A stretch of 64,000 nt of DNA from Spirochaetia bacterium (lineage in GTDB: Bacteria; Spirochaetota; Spirochaetia; DSM-2461), in contig OY764216.1 in NCBI GenBank assembly GCA_963668315.1, positions 5,312,001 to 5,376,000 of the forward strand. The letters run 5' to 3'. A program made the position numbers and the translations under genes. The notes below the pieces were generated by a model. It was not told where the DNA came from and searched no databases. It saw only the letters and a program-made list of their open reading frames with translations. Shown in pieces: positions 19,281 through 29,263 of the stretch. How positions within the stretch are numbered: the stretch's first letter is position 1; every line of letters begins with the position of its first letter.

Positions 19281-20704
19281 CCCTGCTGTACCGCGGCGGG
19301 GGAGATCTTCATGGTCTCCTCCGTCTTCCTCAGATGCCTGACCTCCTTAAGGAGCCAGGAGAAGGTCACCAGGGCGGAAAGACCGTCGGCCAGGGGGAAA
19401 CAGAGAAGAAGACCGGTCAGTTCCCAGATCCTGGGCATGATAAGGATGAGGGGGATCAGGAACAGAAACTGACGGGACAGATTCAGAATAAGGCTGGGCA
19501 CCGACTTGCCCACGACCAGAAAATAGGTGGAACCTACGATCTGGAATCCCACGAGGGGCATGGCAGCGACAAAGAACCTCAGAACATGGGCGGCCGAATC
19601 AAGCAGCAGCGGGTCGGCGGAGAAAATTCTCGCGAAGAACCGGGGCATGGTGCTGAAAAGGGCAAAGCCCATGGTCGTATAAAAGGTGGCGACCATAATC
19701 GTCAGTCCCAGAACCTTTTTCACCCGGTCGAATTTCCGGGCGCCGTAGTTGAATCCGGCAATGGGCTGGAACCCCTGCACCGTGCCGAACAGGGGCATCA
19801 TGAGGAACATGATGAGGCGGTTCACCACTCCGAAGGCGGAAATATAAATATCCCCGCCGTACAGTCCCAGCATATTGTTGACCAGGATGGAGACGATGGA
19901 CTGGCCGCTCTGTCTGATGAACGTGGGAAATCCCAGAAGGAAAATCTCCCTTACCACGGAAGCTTCCAGCCGTCCGTCACTGAGCTCCACCTTAACATCC
20001 GCCTTTTTCAGGAAGAAAAACCGGGCCGCATAGAGAAAACTCAGAAACTGGCCGATGATCGTCGCCCAGGCGGCACCGGAAACACCCAGCTTGAAGACGA
20101 AGATGAATATGGGGTCCAGAACAATATTGACCACGGCTCCGATAAGCATGACCGTCATGGAAACCTTGGCTTTTCCCTCTGCCCGCAGGAGGTTGTTGGA
20201 TGTCATGGCCAGGGCCAGGAAAGGGGCTCCCAGAACGATGACCGACAGGTAGTCCCGGGAGGACTCCCGTAACGCTTCCGTCGCTCCGAGAAGATCAAGG
20301 AGGGGTTCCATGAAAATCCGTCCCAGAATCAGAACGACGATACCGGCTATGGCGGCCAGGGCGATGGCGTTTCCCGCCGCCTTCCTGGCCCTGCCGTAAT
20401 CTTCGGCTCCCAGATTCCGGGAAACAACCGAGGCGGCCCCCTGACCGATAGTCAGTCCGAAAGCCATGATAATCATCTGAGCGGGCAGGGCCAGAGCCAG
20501 TCCGCCGATAGCCATGGTGCCCACGCCCCTTCCGATGAAGATGGTATCCACCAGGTTGTAAAGGCCGTTTACCAGCATGGCAAAGGTGGCCGGAAGGGAA
20601 AGGGAGAGAAGCAGTTTACCTATGGGTGCCTCTCCCAGATGGCTCTTTCCGGGATTTCCCTTTCCGGCGGCCTGACCGGTTTTCATCTGCGCGTTATCGC
20701 TCAC
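19277..20704 (-). CDS. MATE efflux transporter (MepA-like)
   Basis: LYNLVDTIFIG, NIVLDPIFIF..GVSGAAWAT, GFNYGA; GTG start at 20704 has a GGAGG SD. Confidence 0.92.
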   Translation of the reverse strand: MSDNAQMKTGQAAGKGNPGKSHLGEAPIGKLLLSLSLPATFAMLVNGLYNLVDTIFIGRGVGTMAIGGLALALPAQMIIMAFGLTIGQGAASVVSRNLGAEDYGRARKAAGNAIALAAIAGIVVLILGRIFMEPLLDLLGATEALRESSRDYLSVIVLGAPFLALAMTSNNLLRAEGKAKVSMTVMLIGAVVNIVLDPIFIFVFKLGVSGAAWATIIGQFLSFLYAARFFFLKKADVKVELSDGRLEASVVREIFLLGFPTFIRQSGQSIVSILVNNMLGLYGGDIYISAFGVVNRLIMFLMMPLFGTVQGFQPIAGFNYGARKFDRVKKVLGLTIMVATFYTTMGFALFSTMPRFFARIFSADPLLLDSAAHVLRFFVAAMPLVGFQIVGSTYFLVVGKSVPSLILNLSRQFLFLIPLILIMPRIWELTGLLLCFPLADGLSALVTFSWLLKEVRHLRKTEETMKISPAAVQQG

Positions 20705-21149
20705 TGTTTTTTTCCTCCAAAAGACGGTCCACTTCGACAAGAGTGTCCATAGCCGCCAGAAACCGTTCCCGTCCATGCTCGGAGAGGAGAGCCAGTCTTC
20801 TTTCTATATATTCATCCATCTGCACTTTCAGATCATCCGTTACGGCCTTTCCCCTTTCCGTCAGGGCCAGAAGCGTCCGCCGCCGGTCCTTTTCGTCGGG
20901 AACCCGTATAATCAGATCCTCTTCCATCAGTTTGTCAGCCACGGGTGTAAAGGAACCCGCTTCTATGCCGATCCGTCCGCAGATAGTCTTCATGCAGCCC
21001 TTTTCCTGATGGCTCAGGGCAACAAGCGTCCTGAAGTGGGTCGAATTCAATCCCTCATGGTCCAGACGGGGTTGAAAATCGGTCATGATTTTTTTCATCA
21101 GTCCCTTGCTTGCTTTCAAGCCGGTAACGATTTTTTCCGCCTTAGTCAT
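20694..21149 (-). CDS. MarR-family regulator
   Basis: RVPDEKDRRRTLLALTERG wing; overlaps the MATE start. Confidence 0.9.
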   Translation of the reverse strand: MTKAEKIVTGLKASKGLMKKIMTDFQPRLDHEGLNSTHFRTLVALSHQEKGCMKTICGRIGIEAGSFTPVADKLMEEDLIIRVPDEKDRRRTLLALTERGKAVTDDLKVQMDEYIERRLALLSEHGRERFLAAMDTLVEVDRLLEEKNSER

Positions 21150-21215
21150 ACTTCACCTTTTTTGTTAGGTTTCAAATTGTTAGATAACTTACTAATTTAA
21201 AGAAGTTGTGTCAAG

Positions 21216-21247
21216 AAAAAAAAGCCGTTTCTCTGAAGAAACGGCTT
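21216..21247 (-). terminator. Terminator after the second MATE gene
   Basis: AAGCCGTTTCT-CTGA-AGAAACGGCTT with adjacent A-run (T-run on minus strand). Confidence 0.85.
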
Positions 21248-21267
21248 GTCATCTCTCATAAACGGAA

Positions 21268-22659
21268 TCAGACTTTCCGGAACTCTCTTTTTCCCGAGAC
21301 AATCTGTCTAAGGATGCGTCTCAGCCAGAGAACGGAAACGGTCATGGAAACCGCTCCCCCCAGGATCAGGCCGAACCATACCCCGTAAATGCCCATATCG
21401 AAATAATGGATGAGGATATAGGCTCCGGGTACGGCGATCAGAATAAGCCTGAGCATAATCACAATCAGAGCGGGGACAGGATAGCCCACGGCCTGGAAAG
21501 CGCTGCGTCCCACTATGGCGACCATGGCCATGAGAAAGGTGTACTCCATGATCCGGGTCTGCAGCACCGCGTAATGGATCACCTGGGGAATATCGCTGAA
21601 AAAACGGAAGATCCAGGGGGCCAGAACGACCATGACCGTGGCCATAAAGGCCACCGATACGGCTCCCGCCGCCATGGCCGTCCGCCAGGCCGTCATCAGC
21701 CGGGGATAATTTCCCCTGCCGCCGTTCTGCCCCATAATGGTTATCAGGGCCGATCCCAGAGCGAAGGAGGGCATCAGCACGGCCTGATCAAAACGCCCGC
21801 ACAGGGAAAAAGCCGTCAGAGCCAGGGGATCGATCTGCACGACCATGCGGTTGAAAAAGAGAAAACTGACCGACATGAGCATCATACCCAGGGCCTGGGG
21901 GGTACCGATACTCAGGATCTTTCCGATAACCTCCATACGGATATTCTTCACATTCCAGTGTATCCGCACGGAAACCTTTCTCTTCACAAAAGGGGTGAAA
22001 GCGTAAAAAAGCGCCACAAACTGGGCCACAGAGGTCGCCGCCGCCGCACCGGCCACTCCCCACCGGAAGACGAAGATGAAAACTGGGTCCAGAACAATAT
22101 TCAGCACCGTCCCGATTATCATCACGTTCATAATGTATTTCATCTGCCCTTCCCCCTGGAGTATACCCAGAAGGATATGGGCGATATAGGCGGCGACGGC
22201 GGCGGGAACGACAAAGCGGATATAGGCCAGAGCGTTATCGGCATAAGCCCCGGTCGCCCCCAGAAGGGCTACGATCTTCTCATCAAACAGATAGGTGATC
22301 CCCACGGTCACCAGGGAAAAGAGAAGGGCCATGGCCATACCCGACTCGGAAACCAGATCGAGAACGGCGTAATTCTTCTCCCCGATCGCCCGGGCCACCA
22401 GGGAGCTGGTTCCCGTCATGAATCCGCCGGCCAGGGCCATGGCCAGAAACATCACGGGGAAAACGATGCCCACCCCGCCTACGATAGAGGGGTCGGACAG
22501 ATTGATCCGGCTGATAAATATCGTATCGGTGATATTATAAAGGAGCTGAACAACCATACCCGCCAGCATGGGAACAGCCAGACGGACCATAACGGGCAGC
22601 ATGGGCCCTTCGAACATACCGGGAATATCCCTGAACGCTTTCTTCTCAATTTCTTCCAT
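21268..22659 (-). CDS. MATE efflux transporter
   Basis: LYNITDTIFI, NIVLDPVFIF..GVAGAAAAT, GQNGG; about 12 hydrophobic segments; start reassigned to MEEIEKK. Confidence 0.92.
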   Translation of the reverse strand: MEEIEKKAFRDIPGMFEGPMLPVMVRLAVPMLAGMVVQLLYNITDTIFISRINLSDPSIVGGVGIVFPVMFLAMALAGGFMTGTSSLVARAIGEKNYAVLDLVSESGMAMALLFSLVTVGITYLFDEKIVALLGATGAYADNALAYIRFVVPAAVAAYIAHILLGILQGEGQMKYIMNVMIIGTVLNIVLDPVFIFVFRWGVAGAAAATSVAQFVALFYAFTPFVKRKVSVRIHWNVKNIRMEVIGKILSIGTPQALGMMLMSVSFLFFNRMVVQIDPLALTAFSLCGRFDQAVLMPSFALGSALITIMGQNGGRGNYPRLMTAWRTAMAAGAVSVAFMATVMVVLAPWIFRFFSDIPQVIHYAVLQTRIMEYTFLMAMVAIVGRSAFQAVGYPVPALIVIMLRLILIAVPGAYILIHYFDMGIYGVWFGLILGGAVSMTVSVLWLRRILRQIVSGKREFRKV

Positions 22660-22727
22660 ATTCAAAGATAGTAACACCTTAATATATAATAAACTACGAA
22701 ATTCCCTAGATTTTTTAAAAAAGCCCC

Positions 22728-23630
22728 TCAGGAGGCGAGACTCTTTTCCCAGAATGTGTAGCACGGCAGCGGTCTGAACCCGATCCGGTAATAAAAAACC
22801 TGATCCGACCCGACACAGGCCTGCCGCGCCCCCCGTGCGGCACACCGCCCGATTCCCTCCAGCACGGCGGCCCGTCCGCAGCCCATCCGGCGGTATTCAG
22901 GAGCGGTCGCCACCGGCTCCACGAAACAGCAGGCCGTCCCCTCCTCATACCACATGCCGCAGAAGGACGCGTAGCTGCCGTCCGGGGCGACCACCGCCAT
23001 CTTCAGTGCCCTGTCCGAATGGGGACCGGACAGGGAAATCTCCCGCATCCTTCTCTGTTCCTCCGATTCGGGGGGCTCTCCCCCGTGGCCGAATCCGGTC
23101 CAGAGAACCCGGTTATACTTTTTCCAGTCATACTCTTCGGCAAAGGAGATCACCCGGAACCCCTCGGGAAGGAACCAGGCCAGCCTCTCTTCGGATATAT
23201 CAAAGACCCCGTTCGCCTCCCTGTCCGCCGTGGGGACATAGCCCCTTTTCTGGGCGGTAAGCTGAAAATCCTCATCCCCGTTCAGAACGCATATCCTCAG
23301 CCTGCCCCGGTGGGCAAGAAATTCCTCTCCGTAGGCCAGCATCTCATCCCTCAGAGCCTCGAACCCCGGCCGGACGATAAAATAGGCCGTCCCCGGCGAC
23401 TCCTCATAGGTGGCCAGTCCCACAAGCCTGTCTCCCTCCTCCCAGAGACCGATGGAGGAAACACGGCTCTGATCCATATAGGGAAGGGAAAAACTCCACT
23501 CCCAGCGCTCCCAGGTGAAATCGTAATGGTGCAGTTTTTCCCTGTTGATCTCCATAAGGAAATCCCTGACCCTCATGAAATCGGGGGAAAACATCTTCTC
23601 ATCATTAAAAGGGCGTACCCTGACTGCCAT
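22728..23630 (-). CDS. GNAT-family N-acetyltransferase (tandem fold)
   Basis: VEPVATAPEYRRMGCGRA motif A, FYYRIGF motif B; GAAGGAG SD before ATG 23630. Confidence 0.85.
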   Translation of the reverse strand: MAVRVRPFNDEKMFSPDFMRVRDFLMEINREKLHHYDFTWERWEWSFSLPYMDQSRVSSIGLWEEGDRLVGLATYEESPGTAYFIVRPGFEALRDEMLAYGEEFLAHRGRLRICVLNGDEDFQLTAQKRGYVPTADREANGVFDISEERLAWFLPEGFRVISFAEEYDWKKYNRVLWTGFGHGGEPPESEEQRRMREISLSGPHSDRALKMAVVAPDGSYASFCGMWYEEGTACCFVEPVATAPEYRRMGCGRAAVLEGIGRCAARGARQACVGSDQVFYYRIGFRPLPCYTFWEKSLAS

Positions 23631-23817
23631 GGCGAACTCCTTCCCTTCATCATCCCACACGGGAACCCGCAGCGCAAGCGAAAGAACGGTTGAAAATGAT
23701 CTTTCCGGGCCCCGCCCTTCGGGCATGGGCTGTCCAGGGGTACGGCTCACGCCTCCCGTCCCCGCCCTCCGGCCGGCGACCGCCTCCGGCGCCCTTACCA
23801 TCCCGGGGGCGTACGGC

Positions 23818-25215
23818 TCATAGGTCGGTAATCGTCCCCTCCCCCGCCTCGGCAGCCAGCCCGATCGTCTCGGACAGGGTGGGATGGGCGTGAATCATCA
23901 GACCCAGATCGGCCAGGTCCGCTCCCATCTCTATGGCCAGCACCGCCTCGCCGATCAGCTCGCCCGCGTTCGTTCCCACGATCCCCACGCCCAGAACCCG
24001 CTTCGATTCCGGGTCGTAGAGCACCTTCGTCCGTCCCTCGTTTCGCCCCAGGCTCAAAGAGCGTCCGCTGGCCGCCCAGGGGAAAAAGGCCGCTTCATAG
24101 GGAGTACCCTCTCGTGCGGCCTCCTTCTCGGTCAGTCCCGCCCAGGCGATTTCCGGATCGGTATAGGCCACGCTGGGAATGCACAGGGGATCAAAGGCGG
24201 CGGGAAGACCGCCTATCGCCTCGGCGGCGACTTTCCCCTCGTGGACCGCCTTATGGGCCAGCATGGGCTGACCCGTCACGTCCCCGATGGCGTAGATATG
24301 TCCCGCCTTCGTCCTCCGTTTCTCATCCACATCAAGAAAACCCCGCTCCCCCGGTTCCAGCCCCAGATGCTCCAGGCCGATATTATCCGTATTGGGGCGG
24401 CGGCCCACTCCCACGAGGATTTTGTCGTAAACCTGCGGCGGGAGGGCTTTTTTCCCTTCGAAGGTCACCCGGATTCCCTCGTCCAGCGACTCCACGGCGG
24501 TGACCTTCGTATCAACAAGGATATCCTTGAGACGCTTCTTATAGAGGCGTACCAGGGGCTTTACCAGGTCCCCGTCGGCGGGGGGAATGATCTGATCGGT
24601 CAGTTCCACCACGGAAACCTCCGAACCGAAAGCGGAATAGACCGTGGCCATCTCCATCCCGATGATTCCGCCCCCCACGATGAGCAGCTTTCCCGGAATA
24701 TCCTCCAGGGCCAGAGCGTCGGCCGAATCCATGACCCGGGGGTCGTCAAAGGGAAAAAGGGGCAGGCGCACCACCCGCGAACCGGAAGCGATGATCGCCT
24801 TTTCAAAGCGAATCTCCCCTTCCTCTTCTCCCGTCACAGTAAGGCTATGGGGCCCTGAGAAGATTCCCCGGCCCCTCACCACCGTAACGCCCCTTCTCTC
24901 CGCCATCTGGCCGAGCCCCCTGGTCAGTCCGTTCACCACCGACTCCTTGTGAGAGCGTATCCTGTCCGGATCAATTTTCGGAGGTCCGAAATCAATCCCC
25001 AGATCGGCTCCGCGGCTGCCCTCATAAAGGACCTGGGCCACATGAAGGTACGCCTTGGAGGGGATGCACCCTTCGTTCAGGCAGACCCCTCCCAGGGTTT
25101 CTCTTTCATCCACCAGGACCACCTTCTGTCCCAGATCGGCCGCTCGGAAAGCCGCCGTATATCCTCCCGGGCCGCCTCCCAGCACCAGGGTTTCCGTATC
25201 AATCTTCATCATCAT
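23818..25215 (-). CDS. lpdA: Dihydrolipoamide dehydrogenase (E3)
   Basis: GGGPGGY, GGVCLNEGCIPSK, GGGIIG, HAHPTLSE. Confidence 0.97.
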   Translation of the reverse strand: MMMKIDTETLVLGGGPGGYTAAFRAADLGQKVVLVDERETLGGVCLNEGCIPSKAYLHVAQVLYEGSRGADLGIDFGPPKIDPDRIRSHKESVVNGLTRGLGQMAERRGVTVVRGRGIFSGPHSLTVTGEEEGEIRFEKAIIASGSRVVRLPLFPFDDPRVMDSADALALEDIPGKLLIVGGGIIGMEMATVYSAFGSEVSVVELTDQIIPPADGDLVKPLVRLYKKRLKDILVDTKVTAVESLDEGIRVTFEGKKALPPQVYDKILVGVGRRPNTDNIGLEHLGLEPGERGFLDVDEKRRTKAGHIYAIGDVTGQPMLAHKAVHEGKVAAEAIGGLPAAFDPLCIPSVAYTDPEIAWAGLTEKEAAREGTPYEAAFFPWAASGRSLSLGRNEGRTKVLYDPESKRVLGVGIVGTNAGELIGEAVLAIEMGADLADLGLMIHAHPTLSETIGLAAEAGEGTITDL

Positions 25216-25222
25216 CCATCCT

Positions 25223-26518
25223 CTAAAGCAGGGTCTGCCTCAAATCTCCGATAAACTTCGCCAGCCGGGCCGCAAAGGCCGCCGCCAGGGCTCCGTCTAT
25301 CACCCGGTGGTCATAGGAAAGGCTCAGGGGCAGCATCAGCCGGGGCTCGAATTCCGTTCCGTTCCACACCGGTTCCACAGCGGCCCGGGAAAGGCCCAGA
25401 ATGGCCGTTTCCGGCGGGTTGATAATCGGCGTGAAAGCCGTTCCCCCGATACCTCCCAGGTTGGTAACGGTAATGCCCGCTCCCTGCATATCGCCGGGCT
25501 TCAGCTTTCCCTCCCGGCCCCTGGCCGCCCACTGGACGATCTCGTCGGCTATCTCGCCGATTCCCTTCAGATCCGTATCCCGTATGACCGGCACCAGCAG
25601 CCCCCGGGGGGTGTCCACGGCGATTCCCACATTCACATATTCCCGGAAAATAACCCGGTCCCCCTCGGGAGCCAGAACGGCGTTGAACCGGGGAAACTCC
25701 TCCACCGCCGCGGTCAGGGCCTTCACGACAAAGGCGAGGGTGGTATACTTCCGGGCCTTGTCCCCTTTCCTTTTCTCCAGGCCGTTCAGCTCCTTCCTCC
25801 AGGCTTCCAGGCCGGTGATATCAGCCTTCTCATAGTGGGTGACATGGGGAATATTCACCCAGGAGGAGTGCAGATGGGCCGCAGAAACCTTCTGGATACC
25901 GGTTAGATTCTCCTCCCGCACCGGGCCGAACTGCTCCGGGTCGCTATAGGGAAAAGCCGGCAGGCCTGTCCCCGCGCTGACGCTTCCCCGGGATGCCAGG
26001 GTTTTCACATAATTCTGCACATCCTCACGGCGTATACGATTTTTGGGACCCGTACCGGCAAGGAGGGAAAGGTCCACCCCCAGTTCCCTGGCATAGAGCC
26101 TCACCGAAGGGGAAGCATGGGAAAGATGATCCCCTCCGGTCGTTTCCTCCCGATCCTCAGGAACCTTTACCGGCTCTTCCCTTTCCGGAGGAGCCGCGGG
26201 AGAGGGCAGCTCGGGGAATTCGGCGGGGAGACTCTTCTCTTCGCCGGAAGCGCCCTCATCGGCGGACGGACCATCGGCCTCCAGCCGCATAAGGAGAGCG
26301 CCCGACTCAATTTCCTGATCCGCCTCCACCAGGATCTCCGCCACCCTTCCTTCGAAGGGAGCGGGAATATCCATGACCGCCTTCTCACTCTCCAGAGAGA
26401 GTAGCGGGTCTTCCTTCGCGACCCTGTCTCCCACGGAAACGAATATCTCCGCGATCGGCACAGGGTGATCTATCCCTAAATCGGGGGTCAGTACATCCTT
26501 CAATGTTTTATCGGCCAT
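25223..26518 (-). CDS. aceF: Dihydrolipoamide acetyltransferase (E2), single lipoyl domain
   Basis: LESEKAVMDIP lipoyl-Lys, HASPSVRLYARE binding domain, SYDHRVIDGA. Confidence 0.95.
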   Translation of the reverse strand: MADKTLKDVLTPDLGIDHPVPIAEIFVSVGDRVAKEDPLLSLESEKAVMDIPAPFEGRVAEILVEADQEIESGALLMRLEADGPSADEGASGEEKSLPAEFPELPSPAAPPEREEPVKVPEDREETTGGDHLSHASPSVRLYARELGVDLSLLAGTGPKNRIRREDVQNYVKTLASRGSVSAGTGLPAFPYSDPEQFGPVREENLTGIQKVSAAHLHSSWVNIPHVTHYEKADITGLEAWRKELNGLEKRKGDKARKYTTLAFVVKALTAAVEEFPRFNAVLAPEGDRVIFREYVNVGIAVDTPRGLLVPVIRDTDLKGIGEIADEIVQWAARGREGKLKPGDMQGAGITVTNLGGIGGTAFTPIINPPETAILGLSRAAVEPVWNGTEFEPRLMLPLSLSYDHRVIDGALAAAFAARLAKFIGDLRQTLL

Positions 26519-26529
26519 CATTCCCCTCC

Positions 26530-29196
26530 TCATACTGTCATGGGATTGGGCCTGTTCAGATCCAATCCGTATTTTTCCGCTGCCTCGGCCGCGCGGGAGA
26601 CGTCCAGAGTCCCTTCATCGGCCAGGCCCTTAAGGGCATTCACCACGATATGATAACGGTCTATCTCAAAGAACCGCCTCAGCTGCTCCCGCGAATCGCT
26701 CCTGCCGAAACCGTCCGTTCCCAGAACAGTCAGCCGGTTGGGTATCAGCCTGCGTATCTGCTCGGGATAGGCCCTCAGATAATCGGTGCTGATCACCGCC
26801 GGCCCCTCATGCCCCTCCAGAATTTTCGTTACATAAGCCTTTCTGGCCTCCTCCGGATGGGCCAGATTCCAGCGCTCCGTATCAATGCCGTCCCTATGCA
26901 GCTGATTGATGCCCGGAACGGACCAGACATCGGATTCGACCTTCCAGTCCTCCCTGAGGAGCTCGGCAGCCGCCAGTACCTCCTGAAAAATCGCCCCGGA
27001 GCCCATCAGCTGCACCCGGGGGCCCTTTCCTTTCCCGGAAGAGTAGAGATACATGCCCCGGCGTACTCCCTCGGCGATCCGCTCCCCCTCTTTGCCTTCG
27101 GGGAGAGCCGGCTGGGGATAGTTCTGATTAAGCAGAGTAATGTAGTAAAAGCCCGGTTCCCCCTCGCCGTACATCCGACGCAGGCCGTCCTGTACGATCA
27201 CGGCCAGTTCGTAGGAAAAGGCCGGATCATAGGCGGTGCAGGTGGGAATCGTGGAAGCAAGAAGAAGGCCGTGGCCGTCCTGATGCTGCAGCCCCTCCCC
27301 GTTCAAAGTCGTCCGGCCGGAGGTTGCCCCGAGCAGGAACCCTTTGGCCCGTATATCCCCGGCCAGCCAGGCCAGATCCCCAATTCTCTGGAATCCGAAC
27401 ATGGAGTAGAAAATGTAAAAGGGGATCATATTGACGCCGTAATGGGAGTAAGCCGTTCCCGCCGCCAGCCAGGAGGACATGGAACCGGATTCGTTGATTC
27501 CCTCCTCCAGGATCTGCCCCTTCGCATCCTCCCGATACCACATGACCGCGTCCGAATCGACCGGCTCGTAGAGCTGGCCCGTGGGAGCGTAGATGCCCAT
27601 CTGCCTGAAAAGCCCCTCCATGCCGAAGGTCCTCGCCTCATCGGGAATGATGGGGACGATCCGCGGTCCCAGTTCCTTATCCCTTCCCAGGGAGCTGATC
27701 ATCCGCACAAAGGCCATGGTGGTGGACATATCCTTGCCCCCGGAACCTTTGGTAACGGACGAGAAGGCATCCAGTGCGGGAATTTCCATGGGAACGGCAT
27801 TCTTCATTCTGGCGGGGACCGGACCGCCCAGGGCATCCCGGCTCTCTTTGAGGAAACGCATTTCTTTGCTGTCCTCCGCCGGTTTGATAAAGGGCAGGTC
27901 ATCCAGCTCCTCATCATTCAGGGGAACGCGGAACCGGTCACGGAACACCTTGAGCGACTCCAGATCCATCTTCTTCTGGGAATGGGTGTCATTGGCCGCT
28001 TCTCCCGCCTGGCCCATGCCGAACCCCTTGATGGTCTTGGCCAGGATTACCGTGGGCTGCCCCGTATGCTTCACGGCCCGGGCATAGGCGGCGTAAATCT
28101 TGCGGGGGTCATGACCGCCCCGGCTCAGCTTGAAAAGCTCGTAATCGGACATATCCTTTACCAGTTCCAGAAGCTCGGGATACTTCCCGAAGAACTTCTC
28201 CCGCATGTAGGCGCCGCCCCTGGCTTTGTAAACCTGGTACTCCCCGTCGACAACTTCGTTCATCCGCTTAATAAGCAGGCCCGATTTGTCCCGGGCCAGA
28301 AGGGCGTCCCACTCGGTTCCCCAGATGACCTTGATGACATTCCAGCCGGCACCCCGGAAGTTTCCCTCCAACTCCTGAATGATTTTGCCGTTTCCCCGGA
28401 CAGGCCCGTCCAGCCTCTGGAGGTTGCAGTTGATCACGAAGATCAGGTTATCCAGATTCTCCCGGGCGGCCAGACTGATAGCCCCCTGGGCTTCGGGCTC
28501 GTCCGTCTCCCCGTCGCCCAGGAAAGCCCAGACCTTCCTCTTACCCGTCGCGGCCAGTCCCCTGGCTTCCATATACCTCATAAAGCGGGCCTGGTAGATG
28601 GCCTGGATGGGACCGAGCCCCATGCTTACCGTGGGGAACTGCCAGAAATCGGGCATCAGCCACGGGTGGGGATAGGAGGAGAGCCCCTTCCCTTCCACCT
28701 CTTCGCGGAAATGGTCCAGCTGCTCTTCCGTCAGCCGTCCCTCGAGAAAAGCCCGGGAGTACATCCCCGGAGAGATATGGCCCTGAAAAAAAATAAGGTC
28801 CCCCCCGTCTTCATGGGAAGGACCTTTGAAAAAATAATCGAACCCTACTTCGTACAGGGCCGCGCTGGAAGCGAAACTGGCGATATGACCGCCCAGCCCC
28901 GTTCCCTTCCGGTTGGCCCGGACAACCATGGCCATGGCATTCCATCGGATATATGCGGCCAGGGACCGGGGAATATCCGTATCGCCCGGCATCCTCTCCG
29001 ACTCTTCGGGAGGAATTGTATTCACATAGGGCGTCGTGGCCTTATAAGGAACACTCACTCCCTTACCCCTGGCCCTGTCTATCAGTTCCTGAAGAAGGAA
29101 GTGGGCCTTTTCCGAACCCTCTTCCCTGATGACTCCTTCTATGGCTTCCAGCCACTCCCGGGTTTCTTCCGGGTCCTTATCTATCATGTCGGACAT
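26530..29196 (-). CDS. aceE: Pyruvate dehydrogenase E1, homodimeric AceE type
   Basis: DPEETREWL, LGGHIAS, PTVSMGLG, GDGETDEPE ThDP motif, GEGLQHQDG, GTDGFGRSD. Confidence 0.97.
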   Translation of the reverse strand: MSDMIDKDPEETREWLEAIEGVIREEGSEKAHFLLQELIDRARGKGVSVPYKATTPYVNTIPPEESERMPGDTDIPRSLAAYIRWNAMAMVVRANRKGTGLGGHIASFASSAALYEVGFDYFFKGPSHEDGGDLIFFQGHISPGMYSRAFLEGRLTEEQLDHFREEVEGKGLSSYPHPWLMPDFWQFPTVSMGLGPIQAIYQARFMRYMEARGLAATGKRKVWAFLGDGETDEPEAQGAISLAARENLDNLIFVINCNLQRLDGPVRGNGKIIQELEGNFRGAGWNVIKVIWGTEWDALLARDKSGLLIKRMNEVVDGEYQVYKARGGAYMREKFFGKYPELLELVKDMSDYELFKLSRGGHDPRKIYAAYARAVKHTGQPTVILAKTIKGFGMGQAGEAANDTHSQKKMDLESLKVFRDRFRVPLNDEELDDLPFIKPAEDSKEMRFLKESRDALGGPVPARMKNAVPMEIPALDAFSSVTKGSGGKDMSTTMAFVRMISSLGRDKELGPRIVPIIPDEARTFGMEGLFRQMGIYAPTGQLYEPVDSDAVMWYREDAKGQILEEGINESGSMSSWLAAGTAYSHYGVNMIPFYIFYSMFGFQRIGDLAWLAGDIRAKGFLLGATSGRTTLNGEGLQHQDGHGLLLASTIPTCTAYDPAFSYELAVIVQDGLRRMYGEGEPGFYYITLLNQNYPQPALPEGKEGERIAEGVRRGMYLYSSGKGKGPRVQLMGSGAIFQEVLAAAELLREDWKVESDVWSVPGINQLHRDGIDTERWNLAHPEEARKAYVTKILEGHEGPAVISTDYLRAYPEQIRRLIPNRLTVLGTDGFGRSDSREQLRRFFEIDRYHIVVNALKGLADEGTLDVSRAAEAAEKYGLDLNRPNPMTV

Positions 29197-29263
29197 GGCG
29201 CACCTCTTAAATCGTTATATAAATTTAAGATACTAAATCCGATATATTTAGGAAAGACTATTT

